Part shown: positions 38,676 through 47,659 of the stretch, one piece after another | Numbering within the stretch: the stretch's first letter is position 1 | Layout of the letters: each line of letters begins with the position of its first letter | NCBI GenBank assembly: GCA_022709735.1 | Contig: JAKLIG010000002.1 | Location: 1,949 to 65,948, forward strand | DNA length: 64,000 nucleotides | Source: Patescibacteria group bacterium | Lineage (GTDB): Bacteria > Patescibacteriota > Minisyncoccia > Moranbacterales > UBA2206 | Reading direction: 5' to 3' | Made by a program: the position numbers and the translations under genes | Notes under the pieces: generated by a model | What the model was told of the DNA's origin: nothing | The model's input: only the letters and a program-made list of their open reading frames with translations | Database searches by the model: none

Positions 38676-38864
38676 ATTTTTAGTTTTTTAGTCACAAATA
38701 AAAGCGGATTCACCCGCTTTTTGTATTTTCTACTTTAATTATAGCAAACTTTTGCCTTTTTGTAAAGATTTTAAACTTTCTAAGCTATTTCAGCATAAAA
38801 ACATTATGGGGTTTACATTTAATAATTTAAATGCTAGCCTAAAAGAAACTAGTTTTACAAAAAT

Positions 38865-39377
38865 ATGGCAATTATCGAAAGTTTTATCCAAAATAACCTT
38901 TCTCTTATAGCACTGGCTTTCTCCGGCCTGCTTTTGGTTTTTATAGTTTGGACTATAGTTCTCCAAATCCAGCTTTCAAAGATTAAAAAAAGAAATCAAA
39001 ATTTTTTTGCCGGAAGTTCTGTCAAAAACATTGAGGAATTGATTCTTGGCCATTCCAAAAATCTGAAAATTTTAGATAAAGACATTCAGGAGCTCTATAA
39101 TATTTCCAACCAAATTAATAATCTGGCCTTTCGCGGATTTCATAAATTAGGTTTGGTGCGATTCAATCCTTTCAAGGATGTCGGCGGTGACCAAAGTTTT
39201 TCTCTCGCGCTTCTAAACGGAAAAAATAATGGCTTGACCATCTCTTCACTTTTTACCCGGGAAGGCGCCAGAATTTATTCCAAATCAATTACTGGAGGCA
39301 AATCAGAAAAACATCCTTTGACTGAAGAAGAAAAAGAAGCCATAAAAATAGCCATGGAAAATCAAAAGGTAAAATAA
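38865..39377 (+). CDS. DUF4446 family protein
   Basis: N-terminal TM helix plus LGLVRFNPFKDVGGDQSFSLALLNGKNNGLTISSLFTREGARIYSKSI...LTEEEKEAIKIA matches the DUF4446 signature. Confidence 0.6.
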   Translation: MAIIESFIQNNLSLIALAFSGLLLVFIVWTIVLQIQLSKIKKRNQNFFAGSSVKNIEELILGHSKNLKILDKDIQELYNISNQINNLAFRGFHKLGLVRFNPFKDVGGDQSFSLALLNGKNNGLTISSLFTREGARIYSKSITGGKSEKHPLTEEEKEAIKIAMENQKVK

Positions 39378-39397
39378 AATTAATTTTTCAAAAATAA

Positions 39398-41173
39398 ATG
39401 ACTGATACAATTCTCAAAAAAATATCCTTGCCAAGTTCAATCACTGTCAAAAAATTCAGCGAGGTTTTAAATATTCCCTTAAATGTTGTCATCACCGAGC
39501 TTATGAAAAATGGAATTCTTGCAACCATCAATGAAAAGATTGATTTTGAAACGGCATCGATTATTGCTGGAGACTTAGGCTTTGAAGTTTCCGAGGAAAT
39601 TTTAGAAGCCGGAGAAAAAATGACCATTGAAAAATTAAATGAGGAACTTAAGAAAGAAAAGGAATCTTCTGATATTCTCAAGAGTCGCGCTCCAATCGTC
39701 ACAATCTTGGGACATGTTGACCATGGAAAAACTACCCTTCTTGATACCATTAGAAAAACTAATGTGGCGGCCAAAGAATCGGGCGGAATCACCCAGCACA
39801 TCAGCGCCTATCAAGTCAAGAAAAAGGGCCAACTCATCACCTTTGTTGATACGCCTGGACATGAAGCCTTTAGCGCTATGCGCGAACGAGGCGTGAGCAT
39901 TGCTGATATCGCCGTTCTGGTTGTCGCCGCTGATGACGGAGTACGCCCGCAAACCAGAGAAGTTATTGAATATCTTCTGGCAAAAAAAATTCCGACAGTT
40001 GTTGCGATAAATAAAATTGACAAACCTTCGGTTAATATTCAACGAGTGAAACAAGAATTGGCTGATGCTGGAATAGTTTTGGAAGAATGGGGCGGACAAG
40101 TGCTCTCTGCTAAAATTAGCGCCAAACAAAATATCGGCATTGATGATCTCTTGGATAATATTCTTCTTATCAATGAAGTGGAAGACTTTAAGGCTAATTA
40201 CAAAAGAGATCCTTTGGGAATTGTTTTGGAATCACATCTTGATCCGCAAAAAGGACCGATTGCCACCGTGCTTATCAAAACTGGAACACTCAAAGAAGGA
40301 CAAGATGTCATTGCCGGCGCAAGTTTCGGCCGAATAAAAAGAATTGAAGATTTCAGAGGAACAAGGATCACCGAAGCTGTTCCGGGAACTCCTGTAAGCA
40401 TTATCGGTTTTCATTCTGCTCCAAGCTCCAATGATATTTTGCAAGCTTCGCCCGAAAAACACCAAGGAAAATCAAAATCACAATCCGGACTTTTGAATAA
40501 TTCCGAAGAAGAAGCTTTTAGCTCTCAAAAAATGATGCGCGTTATCGCTTCGGAGAAAATAAAAAGATTAAATATAATTTTGAAATCAGATGTGCAAGGA
40601 TCGCTTGAAGCGATTGGACAGATTTTGGGCGAAATAAAATCCCAGGAAGTGGCGATTGATTATATCGGAACTGGCGTCGGCAACATCACTGAATCAGATG
40701 TCCGCTTGGCTGGAAGTTCCAATGCTACTATTTATGGATTCAATGTAGAAATTACGCCGGTCGCCAAAAGAATGGCTGAGACTGCCAAAGTAGAAATCAA
40801 AAATTATAAAATTATTTATGAACTCGTGGAAGATATAAAAAACAAATTGATTGCCATGCTTCCTCCGATCATCGAAAGAACTGATTTTGGAAAAATGAAA
40901 GTTTTGGCGCTTTTCAAAACTGGAAAAGGCGACATGATTATCGGCGGAAAAATAACAAACGGGAAGATGGTTAACAAATCCTTGATTGAAGTTATGAGAA
41001 ACGATGCAATTATCGGACAAGGAAAATTAAACAATCTTCAAGAAAATAAAGTTAATGTGGACGAATGCGTTTCTGGTAAAGAATGTGGAATAACCTTTTT
41101 GGGTTCGACAAAAATAAAAGAAGGCGATGTATTATTGAGTTATAAAGAAGAAGTAAAGAAGCAAACACTTTAA
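39398..41173 (+). CDS. infB: translation initiation factor IF-2 (short N-terminus)
   Basis: G domain GHVDHGKTTLLD...DTPGHEAF...NKID; C-terminal beta-barrels. Confidence 0.9.
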   Translation: MTDTILKKISLPSSITVKKFSEVLNIPLNVVITELMKNGILATINEKIDFETASIIAGDLGFEVSEEILEAGEKMTIEKLNEELKKEKESSDILKSRAPIVTILGHVDHGKTTLLDTIRKTNVAAKESGGITQHISAYQVKKKGQLITFVDTPGHEAFSAMRERGVSIADIAVLVVAADDGVRPQTREVIEYLLAKKIPTVVAINKIDKPSVNIQRVKQELADAGIVLEEWGGQVLSAKISAKQNIGIDDLLDNILLINEVEDFKANYKRDPLGIVLESHLDPQKGPIATVLIKTGTLKEGQDVIAGASFGRIKRIEDFRGTRITEAVPGTPVSIIGFHSAPSSNDILQASPEKHQGKSKSQSGLLNNSEEEAFSSQKMMRVIASEKIKRLNIILKSDVQGSLEAIGQILGEIKSQEVAIDYIGTGVGNITESDVRLAGSSNATIYGFNVEITPVAKRMAETAKVEIKNYKIIYELVEDIKNKLIAMLPPIIERTDFGKMKVLALFKTGKGDMIIGGKITNGKMVNKSLIEVMRNDAIIGQGKLNNLQENKVNVDECVSGKECGITFLGSTKIKEGDVLLSYKEEVKKQTL

Positions 41174-41250
41174 AAAATTTTCAATAATTATTTTTTGAAA
41201 ATTATTTAATTGAAAATTTATTGAAAATTGAGAATTGAAAATTTTAAATT

Positions 41251-41583
41251 ATGAATGAAAGAATAAATAAAATCAACGAGCTTATAAAACAACATGTGAA
41301 TGATATCGTTCTCAAAAACCTCTCTTTAAAAGATGGGGTTTTTATTACTATCGCCAAAGTTGACACAACAGAGGATCTTCGTTATACTCGGGTGTTTGTT
41401 AGTATTTTCCCGGAGAAAGAAATTCCTTATGCCACAAAAACTTTGGAAAAAGAACTTTTTGAAATCCAGGGAAAACTTAACAAAAAACTGCATATGCGAC
41501 CACTGCCCAAAATTGAATTCCGTCTTGATATGACAGAATCCAAGGCAGATGAAATAGAAAAAATTTTAAAAGAAATAAATTAG
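41251..41583 (+). CDS. rbfA: ribosome-binding factor A
   Basis: 110 aa; KH-like RbfA motif VFITIAKVDTTEDLRYTRVFVSI; infB-rbfA synteny. Confidence 0.8.
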   Translation: MNERINKINELIKQHVNDIVLKNLSLKDGVFITIAKVDTTEDLRYTRVFVSIFPEKEIPYATKTLEKELFEIQGKLNKKLHMRPLPKIEFRLDMTESKADEIEKILKEIN

Positions 41584-41690
41584 GCGACTCGAATAACTCG
41601 AATTTTCACCCGAATGTTTCGAATTTATTCGAATCATTCGAGTGTTCACCTGCCTGCCGGCAGGCAGGTTCGTAAATTAGAGTCGCTTTT
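41584..41690 (+). repeat. intercistronic palindromic element, subfamily B, copy III (rbfA-nrnA spacer), with the 20-bp CCTGCCTGCCGGCAGGCAGG insert
   Basis: GCGACTCGAATAACTCGAAT...CATTCGAGTGTTCA[CCTGCCTGCCGGCAGGCAGG]TTCGTAAATTAGAGTCGC, then a T-run; starts immediately after the rbfA stop codon. Confidence 0.85.
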
Positions 41691-41694
41691 ATAT

Positions 41695-42654
41695 ATGAAA
41701 AAGTTTTCTCAAGAATTTAATACCCTTAATTTCGTCATCAAAGAATCAACTAACATTCTTCTTTTTGCGCATTCCCGTCCGGATTCTGATACCGTCGGTT
41801 CGGTTTTGGCTCTGCGAGAATATATAAAAAATCTTGGAAAAAATGTTGATATCGCCTGCCTTGATCCCTATCCAGAGTATCTCAAAGATTTGGCGCCAGA
41901 TTATTTTAATTTTCCGGATCATTTAAATCTGGAAAAATATAATTTAATCATCGCTACTGACAGCGTGGAAAGAGGCTTTCAAAAAATTAAGGATAAATTT
42001 ACAGAAAATCAGGTCGTCGCGCTTCTTGATCATCATCCGGATATAACTATTCAAGGTGACATCAATATTATTGAGGCCAGCTATTCTTCCGTTTGTGAAA
42101 TTATTTATAATTTTTTTGAATTTAATAAAATAAAACTCACTCGGCAGATTTCTACTTTTTTACTCTTGGGAATTTTGGGAGACACTGGAATGTTCCAACA
42201 CTCCAATACCACTCCGCGCATTATGGAAATTGCTTCCGCCTTAATGAAAAATGGTGCACCACTTTCAAAAATAATCAGCGTGGCTTTTTCCAATAAAAAT
42301 ATTTCAACTTTGAAACTTTGGGGCCGGGCTTTTGAAAAAGCTAAAATTAATCCAGAAAATGGAATGATCGTTTCATTTATTTCTGAAAAAGAACTCGAAG
42401 AATGCGGTGGCAGCCTTGAAGACATTTCTCAAGTTTCAACTATCCTAAATACAGTCCCTGGAACAAAATTCGCGCTGGTTCTTTCGGAAAGAGGCGATGG
42501 GATAGTCAAGGGCAGTCTTAGGAGCGAAGAATATAAAGGCGTGGATGTTTCGCAAATTGCCGCGCTCTTCGGCGGTGGTGGCCACAAGCTTGCATCAGGT
42601 TTTGAAATTGAAGGAAAAATTGTTGAAACCGAAAATGGCTGGCAGATAATATAG
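41695..42654 (+). CDS. nrnA: DHH-family phosphoesterase NrnA (bifunctional oligoribonuclease/pAp phosphatase)
   Basis: DHH motifs HSRPDSDTVGS, DHH, GGGGH (DHHA1); true start is MKKFSQE at 41695. The track's N-terminal extension is repeat-derived. Confidence 0.75.
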   Translation: MKKFSQEFNTLNFVIKESTNILLFAHSRPDSDTVGSVLALREYIKNLGKNVDIACLDPYPEYLKDLAPDYFNFPDHLNLEKYNLIIATDSVERGFQKIKDKFTENQVVALLDHHPDITIQGDINIIEASYSSVCEIIYNFFEFNKIKLTRQISTFLLLGILGDTGMFQHSNTTPRIMEIASALMKNGAPLSKIISVAFSNKNISTLKLWGRAFEKAKINPENGMIVSFISEKELEECGGSLEDISQVSTILNTVPGTKFALVLSERGDGIVKGSLRSEEYKGVDVSQIAALFGGGGHKLASGFEIEGKIVETENGWQII

Positions 42655-42741
42655 GTGACTCGAATAACTCGAATTTTCACCCGAATGTCTCGAATTTATT
42701 CGAATCATTCGAGTGTTCATTCGTAAATTAGAGTCGCTTTA
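42655..42741 (+). repeat. intercistronic palindromic element, subfamily B, copy IV (nrnA-nfo spacer), without the 20-bp insert
   Basis: identical to copy III except for lack of the 20-bp palindrome at GTTCA^TTCG. Confidence 0.85.
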
Positions 42742-42756
42742 TGCTAAAATAATCTT

Positions 42757-43602
42757 ATGAATATCGGCGCTCACATTTCAATCGCCGGCGGAATTATTGA
42801 AGCCCCCAAAAGAGCTTCCGATTTAGGCTGTGAATGTATGCAAATTTTTACCCGTTCTCCCCAAGGCGGAAAAGCACCAAGCCTCACAAACTCCGTTTGT
42901 GAGGAATTTAAAATTTCAAATTTAAAATTTAAAATTAAGGAGGTTTATATCCATACTCCCTACTACATTAATTTCGCCTCTTCTAATAATCGCATTCGCT
43001 ATGGGTCAGTCAGCGTTGTTCGCGATGAGTTGGAAAGAGGAAATCTCATTGGCGCAAAATATGTCATGACTCATCTTGGCACTGCCAAAGATTTGGGGCA
43101 AAAAGAAGCTACTGCCAAAACTATTAAAATGCTTTCAAAAACTTTGGAAGGATATACTGGAAAAACAAAATTACTTTTAGAAAACAGCGCCGGCGCCGGA
43201 GAAATTATTGGCGATGATCTCTCTGAACTTTCAGAAATTATCAAAGGCGTTGCTTCGGATGCCATCGCTGGAATTTGTCTCGACACCCAACATTCTTTCG
43301 CTTCCGGATATGATTGGCGAAAATCTGATGTAAGGGCAATTCATGAATTGCCCCTGCTAGAAAGAATAGATAAAGAAATTGGACTGGATAAAATAAAATT
43401 AATCCACGCTAATGACAGTCTGACGGATTTCAATTCCAAACGAGACCGCCACGCCCATATTGGCGAAGGAAAAATTGGTTTGGACGCCTTTCAAAACATT
43501 GTCGCCTTTGCTGAGAAAAATAATATAGATATGATCCTAGAAACAGAACATGATAAAGTGAAAAAAGATATTGAAATTTTGAAAAATTTCCGCGATAAAT
43601 AA
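42757..43602 (+). CDS. nfo: deoxyribonuclease IV (endonuclease IV, AP endonuclease family 2)
   Basis: TIM-barrel motifs HAPYLINLAS-like, HLGT, ICLDTQHSFASGYD, HANDS...RDRHAHIGEGKIG, ILETE; contains an in-frame 22-bp palindrome at 43333-43355 coding AIHELPL. Confidence 0.85.
   Translation: MNIGAHISIAGGIIEAPKRASDLGCECMQIFTRSPQGGKAPSLTNSVCEEFKISNLKFKIKEVYIHTPYYINFASSNNRIRYGSVSVVRDELERGNLIGAKYVMTHLGTAKDLGQKEATAKTIKMLSKTLEGYTGKTKLLLENSAGAGEIIGDDLSELSEIIKGVASDAIAGICLDTQHSFASGYDWRKSDVRAIHELPLLERIDKEIGLDKIKLIHANDSLTDFNSKRDRHAHIGEGKIGLDAFQNIVAFAEKNNIDMILETEHDKVKKDIEILKNFRDK
43333..43355. repeat. REP-like palindrome AGGGCAATTCATGAATTGCCCT (copy A, inside the nfo CDS)
   Basis: perfect 22-bp palindrome; related copies at 43606-43630 and 43925-43952. 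Confidence 0.85.
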
Positions 43603-43605
43603 TCG

Positions 43606-43636
43606 TAGGGGCGATTCACGAATCGCCCCTTTTTAA
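43606..43636 (+). terminator. REP-like palindrome copy B acting as terminator-like hairpin after nfo
   Basis: TAGGGGCGATTCACGAATCGCCCCT followed by TTTTTAAAT, 4 nt after the nfo stop. Confidence 0.65.
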
Positions 43637-43702
43637 ATATACGCAAAACAAAAACAGAAAACCAAACCGTCTCCAAAATTTTGATTATTCCCAAAATGGG
43701 AT

Positions 43703-43727
43703 GTACCTGCCTGCCGGCAGGCAGGTT
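43703..43727. repeat. 20-bp palindrome CCTGCCTGCCGGCAGGCAGG at the truncated 5' end of the RAYT-like gene
   Basis: perfect palindrome GTACCTGCCTGCCGGCAGGCAGGTTTT immediately upstream of the GTG start. Confidence 0.85.
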
Positions 43728-43729
43728 TT

Positions 43730-44170
43730 GTGACAATTTGCACGAAAGACCGGGAAGAATTATTTGGAGAAATTAAAAATGGAGAAATGGTTTTGAATGA
43801 ATTGGGAAAAATCGTTTTTAAAAATTTAAAAAATATTCCATATTATTTTGAAAATATAAATTTGGATAAATTTATTGTGATGCCAAATCACGTTCATTTA
43901 ATTCTTGAAATTAACAAAAATATCGTAGGGGCAATTCATGAATTGCCCCTACAAAAACGGCGGAATATGTTGATTCCGAAAATAATCGGCAAATTTAAAA
44001 TGTTATCCGCCAAAGAAATAAATATTCTGGCAAATAATTCTGGGAATCCATTATGGCAACGAAATTATTACGACCATATTATCCGAAACGAAATTGAATT
44101 AAACAAAATTCGCGAATATATATTGGAAAATCCGAAAAATTGGGAACGCGATAGAAATAATATTGTGTAG
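43730..44170 (+). CDS. IS200/IS605-type HuH tyrosine transposase, REP-associated (RAYT)-like, N-terminally truncated (possible pseudogene)
   Basis: HuH motif FIVMPNHVHLILE and catalytic-Tyr motif WQRNYYDHIIRNE; TICTKDREELFGEIKNGEMVLNELGKIV matches this family. GTG start only; upstream in-frame region has no ATG and is occupied by the 20-bp palindrome. Contains palindrome copy C (43925-43952). Confidence 0.7.
   Translation: MTICTKDREELFGEIKNGEMVLNELGKIVFKNLKNIPYYFENINLDKFIVMPNHVHLILEINKNIVGAIHELPLQKRRNMLIPKIIGKFKMLSAKEINILANNSGNPLWQRNYYDHIIRNEIELNKIREYILENPKNWERDRNNIV
43925..43952. repeat. REP-like palindrome GTAGGGGCAATTCATGAATTGCCCCTAC (copy C, inside the RAYT-like CDS)
   Basis: perfect 28-bp palindrome coding VGAIHELPLQ. 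Confidence 0.85.
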
Positions 44171-44265
44171 GGGCAGACCTTGCATCTGTCCTTTTTTATA
44201 TTCACCCGTTTACCCAAATAAAAATCGGCAGGAACCACGATGGACTCCTGCCGAGTTAATAAACG

Positions 44266-44643
44266 CTAGCAACAATTTAATCTAATATAAACAACATCCT
44301 TGGCTCTTTTTGAAAGAAAATCATTAATTTGCTTGATATGATTTATGGCATATTCTTTATTCGTAGGAGATCCGGATACAAAAATTATTTTTTTTACCTC
44401 AGAAAGAGCCTTCTTCATTGCCTCTGCAATTTTTTCCGTGTTACAGCAAACGCATTCAGTTGTAAAAAATCCTACCTTAGTTTCCAAATCGTTAGTAATT
44501 CCAAGCCCTTTCATATGAACTCTCCATTGATCTTCCGTTAGTCCGCAACCATTCTTATAGAAAAAGAATCTGGCTTTTCTAGGGTATAATTCATTTTTTA
44601 CCATTTGCATAATACAGTCATAATATTCCTCCTTAATGCTCAT
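44266..44643 (-). CDS. hypothetical Cys-rich protein
   Basis: 125 aa with CG..., ECVCCN and C-terminal CC. Confidence 0.3.
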   Translation of the reverse strand: MSIKEEYYDCIMQMVKNELYPRKARFFFYKNGCGLTEDQWRVHMKGLGITNDLETKVGFFTTECVCCNTEKIAEAMKKALSEVKKIIFVSGSPTNKEYAINHIKQINDFLSKRAKDVVYIRLNCC

Positions 44644-44696
44644 AGAATTCTCCTTTTCTAAAATTAGTTGAATATAGATGGGCGCCTGCCATTTCG

Positions 44697-45110
44697 TTAA
44701 TGCTTTTCGAAAGCAATTATTAAAAACAAAAATCCCTTCTTATTTCCAATTTCCAAGAAATCTTTTCTAGTTTTTATTAGACCAATTTTTTCAAAAAGCA
44801 TAGACATTATTTCTTGTACTGATCTAACCAGATGAGGAAGATTAATTTGTATATTCTTTATGCCTCCTACATTCCATTCAAATTCTCCTGAACTTTCTTT
44901 TCCGAATTTTGTTTTTTTTATGAATTCCACGAGCCCCTTGCAGATCCATCCAATACCATCCACATTATCTCCCCTAAATTCTTCTATAATACCAACGGCT
45001 TCATGCAATGATCTGGAATTAAATAATTCATTTTTTAATTGCCCAAGTTGCTCTATTATTTCAAAATAATTCATCTTTCTTCTCCTTTTTATTGAGTTTT
45101 TAATATTCAA
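44697..45110 (-). CDS. hypothetical protein
   Basis: 137-aa ORF (alternative start MNYFEII); no motif. Confidence 0.3.
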   Translation of the reverse strand: MNIKNSIKRRRKMNYFEIIEQLGQLKNELFNSRSLHEAVGIIEEFRGDNVDGIGWICKGLVEFIKKTKFGKESSGEFEWNVGGIKNIQINLPHLVRSVQEIMSMLFEKIGLIKTRKDFLEIGNKKGFLFLIIAFEKH

Positions 45111-45268
45111 TCAGTTTTCCATCATAACGCCCTATTATATTCCAAAATTAATAAAGTGTCAATAATTCTAGATTTCAAAGCGATTAATTGTTATTTTTGG
45201 CTAAAATAAGGCAATAAACCCGAATTAGTGTTGACATTTTTACCGTCATTTGATATAATTAAGGTAAT

Positions 45269-46105
45269 ATGAGCCTAGAAAATAACCTAAAATCAATCGG
45301 ATTAGAAGAAAAAGAAGCTCGAGTCTATCTCGCCACTCTTGAACTTGGCCCGACAAACATTCAAAATCTAGCCAAAAAAGCAGGAATTAAGCGCAGCACT
45401 GTTTATGAAATACTGCGAAATCTCAAAAACCAAGGCCTTATTTCTGAAGCTATGCAAGGAAAAAGAAAGCTGATTGTCGCTTCTTCGCCTGACAAACTCA
45501 AAAGAAATATCAAAGAAAAAGAAAATTTGCTAAATCAAATTTTGCCAGAGCTAAAATCACTTGATAATGCTGGACCAATCAAGCCAAAAATAACCTACTA
45601 CGAAGGTCGCGAGGGTTTGCGAGAAATTTATATGATCGCGCTTGAAGCAAAGAATAAACGCGCCGATTGGGTTTCGCCTATTCAATCTGTTGTAGAAACA
45701 GTCGGGGAAGATTTTTTGGAAAAATATGTTGAAACAAAAAAAAGAATGGGCTATTGGATTCGCTCCCTTCATATCACCAGCCGTCAAGTTTCTACCTACA
45801 AATATCTTGATCCGATTACTTTCAAGAAAACTTTGCGCGATGTCAGATTTTCTCCCCTGGATGTAGATATTCCAAACACCATTGCAATGTGGGATAATAA
45901 GGTAGCTATCATCAGCACCCAAAAAGAAGGTTTTGGTTTTATAATTGAAAGCAAAGATTTTGCAATCTCGATGAAAATGTTTTATGAACTTCTTTGGAAC
46001 ATCAGCAAGCCTTATGGTGAAATGAATTTTGACAATCAAAATAAAAGCGAGGAAAATATAACAAAAGAAAAAGAAGATGACCTTGATTATTGGGCTAAGC
46101 AATAA
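45269..46105 (+). CDS. TrmB-family transcriptional regulator (paralog 1 of 3)
   Basis: N-terminal wHTH LKSIGLEEKEARVYLATLELGPTNIQNLAKKAGIKRSTVYEIL; ~270 aa. Confidence 0.6.
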   Translation: MSLENNLKSIGLEEKEARVYLATLELGPTNIQNLAKKAGIKRSTVYEILRNLKNQGLISEAMQGKRKLIVASSPDKLKRNIKEKENLLNQILPELKSLDNAGPIKPKITYYEGREGLREIYMIALEAKNKRADWVSPIQSVVETVGEDFLEKYVETKKRMGYWIRSLHITSRQVSTYKYLDPITFKKTLRDVRFSPLDVDIPNTIAMWDNKVAIISTQKEGFGFIIESKDFAISMKMFYELLWNISKPYGEMNFDNQNKSEENITKEKEDDLDYWAKQ

Positions 46106-46111
46106 AACAAT

Positions 46112-46618
46112 ATGTCTAAAATTGCCATCACATCCGACATCCATAACAACGAAGTTAATCTAAAAAAAGTTTTGGATTATTGTAAAGTTAATAATATTCA
46201 AACGATTATTTGTTGCGGAGACATGGCGTCAAAAGAAGTTTTGGATTTCATGAATGACAATTTTTCCGGAAACATTCTTTATACTTTCGGCAACGCTGAT
46301 TATGATGATTTGCGTGAACTGGAAGATGAAAAAAAATATCGAAACACCCATCTTTTCAAAAAATTTGGCGAAGCTATAATTGAAAAAAAGAATGTTGCCT
46401 TCACGCATTTTCCCCAGGAAGCGAAGGGGCTCGCGCGAACTGAAAAATATAATTTTGTTTTTTATGGCCACACCCACAAGCCCTGGGAAGTAATGCTCGG
46501 AAATTGCAAACTACTTAATCCCGGAACCACTGGGGGCGAAATCTACCCGCCGACATTTGCAGTCTGGGAAACAGACAATGATAAATTTAATTTAATCAGG
46601 ATCCACGATTTACAATAA
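46112..46618 (+). CDS. metallophosphoesterase (YfcE/MJ0936-like calcineurin-type phosphoesterase)
   Basis: SDIH, GDM..., GNADYD, GHTH motifs. Confidence 0.75.
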   Translation: MSKIAITSDIHNNEVNLKKVLDYCKVNNIQTIICCGDMASKEVLDFMNDNFSGNILYTFGNADYDDLRELEDEKKYRNTHLFKKFGEAIIEKKNVAFTHFPQEAKGLARTEKYNFVFYGHTHKPWEVMLGNCKLLNPGTTGGEIYPPTFAVWETDNDKFNLIRIHDLQ

Positions 46619-46814
46619 GTTGTATTTTAATCCGCCCATAGCGTAGCGCGTTTCAGAATTTCAATCGAAAGAGCGTTAAAAAATTTATTAAATTTTAGCG
46701 AGTGAGATTAGAAATTCTGCCAGCGCAAGCCCGGGCGGCAGTTCTTTTGTAACTTTTCTTGCTGCCAAGAAAAGTTAGAATAAAACTTGCGGAAAGAAAA
46801 AGTATATAAAAAAT

Positions 46815-47396
46815 ATGCCCAAACAATCTCAACTCGACGAATTGAATAAAAAAATGTCCGCCTGTTCGGCGTGTGTTCTACGCGGAACATGCCATCAAGT
46901 TGTCCCTGGTGAAGGTTCCGCCGAAGCCGAAATTATGTTTATCGGCGAAGGACCAGGGAAAAAAGAAGACGAGCTAGGCCGTCCCTTTGTTGGCTCGGCC
47001 GGAAAATTCCTGGACGAAATGCTGGGAGTGATAAATTTAAAACGCGAAAATGTTTATATCGCCAACGTTGTGAAATGCCGTCCTCCGCAAAACCGCGATC
47101 CATTGCCGCAGGAAGCCGCAACTTGCTGGCCATGGCTTTTAGAACAAATTAAAATTATTCAACCAAAATTAATCGTCACCCTTGGTCGTCATTCCATGGA
47201 AAGATTTCTGCCAGGAAAAATAATTTCCCAAATGCACGGAACGCTTGTCATAAAAACAATCCCCGAAATCGGCAAACAAAATTTCTATACTCTCTATCAT
47301 CCCGCCGCCGCACTATATAATGGTTCAATGCGCGAAACGCTTATTAAAGATTTCCAAAAAATCCCAAAAGTTTTGGAAAAAATAAATCTATCCTAA
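46815..47396 (+). CDS. uracil-DNA glycosylase, family 4
   Basis: GEGPG..ED..G.PFVG.AG..L and CRPP.NR.P motifs; 4Fe-4S Cys ligands. Confidence 0.85.
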   Translation: MPKQSQLDELNKKMSACSACVLRGTCHQVVPGEGSAEAEIMFIGEGPGKKEDELGRPFVGSAGKFLDEMLGVINLKRENVYIANVVKCRPPQNRDPLPQEAATCWPWLLEQIKIIQPKLIVTLGRHSMERFLPGKIISQMHGTLVIKTIPEIGKQNFYTLYHPAAALYNGSMRETLIKDFQKIPKVLEKINLS

Positions 47397-47459
47397 CATT
47401 CAATGTTAGGAAAAATAAAAGACCGCGCACAGTTTTCCGTGAACGGTCTTTTCTAGTTT

Positions 47460-47648
47460 TTAAATTTTTTGCAAAAATGGAATTACCACCGAAGATAAAT
47501 CAGACTTTATCAAGCGCTTACAATGATCAACGCATTCGTTGCAAATGTAAAGACCAGTGGTTGAGGGACATTCAATCAATTTATCTACTTTATTTTTGTT
47601 TTTTCCACAAAAAGAACAAACTGCTTCTGTTTTGTTTTTGTTATTCAT
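47460..47648 (-). CDS. stand-alone ClpX-type C4 zinc-binding domain protein
   Basis: CSFCGKNKNKVDKLIECPSTTGLYICNECVDHC closely matches the ClpX N-terminal ZBD (CSFCGK...ICDECV..C); no AAA+ module follows. Confidence 0.5.
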   Translation of the reverse strand: MNNKNKTEAVCSFCGKNKNKVDKLIECPSTTGLYICNECVDHCKRLIKSDLSSVVIPFLQKI

Positions 47649-47659
47649 GTCTTCCTCCT

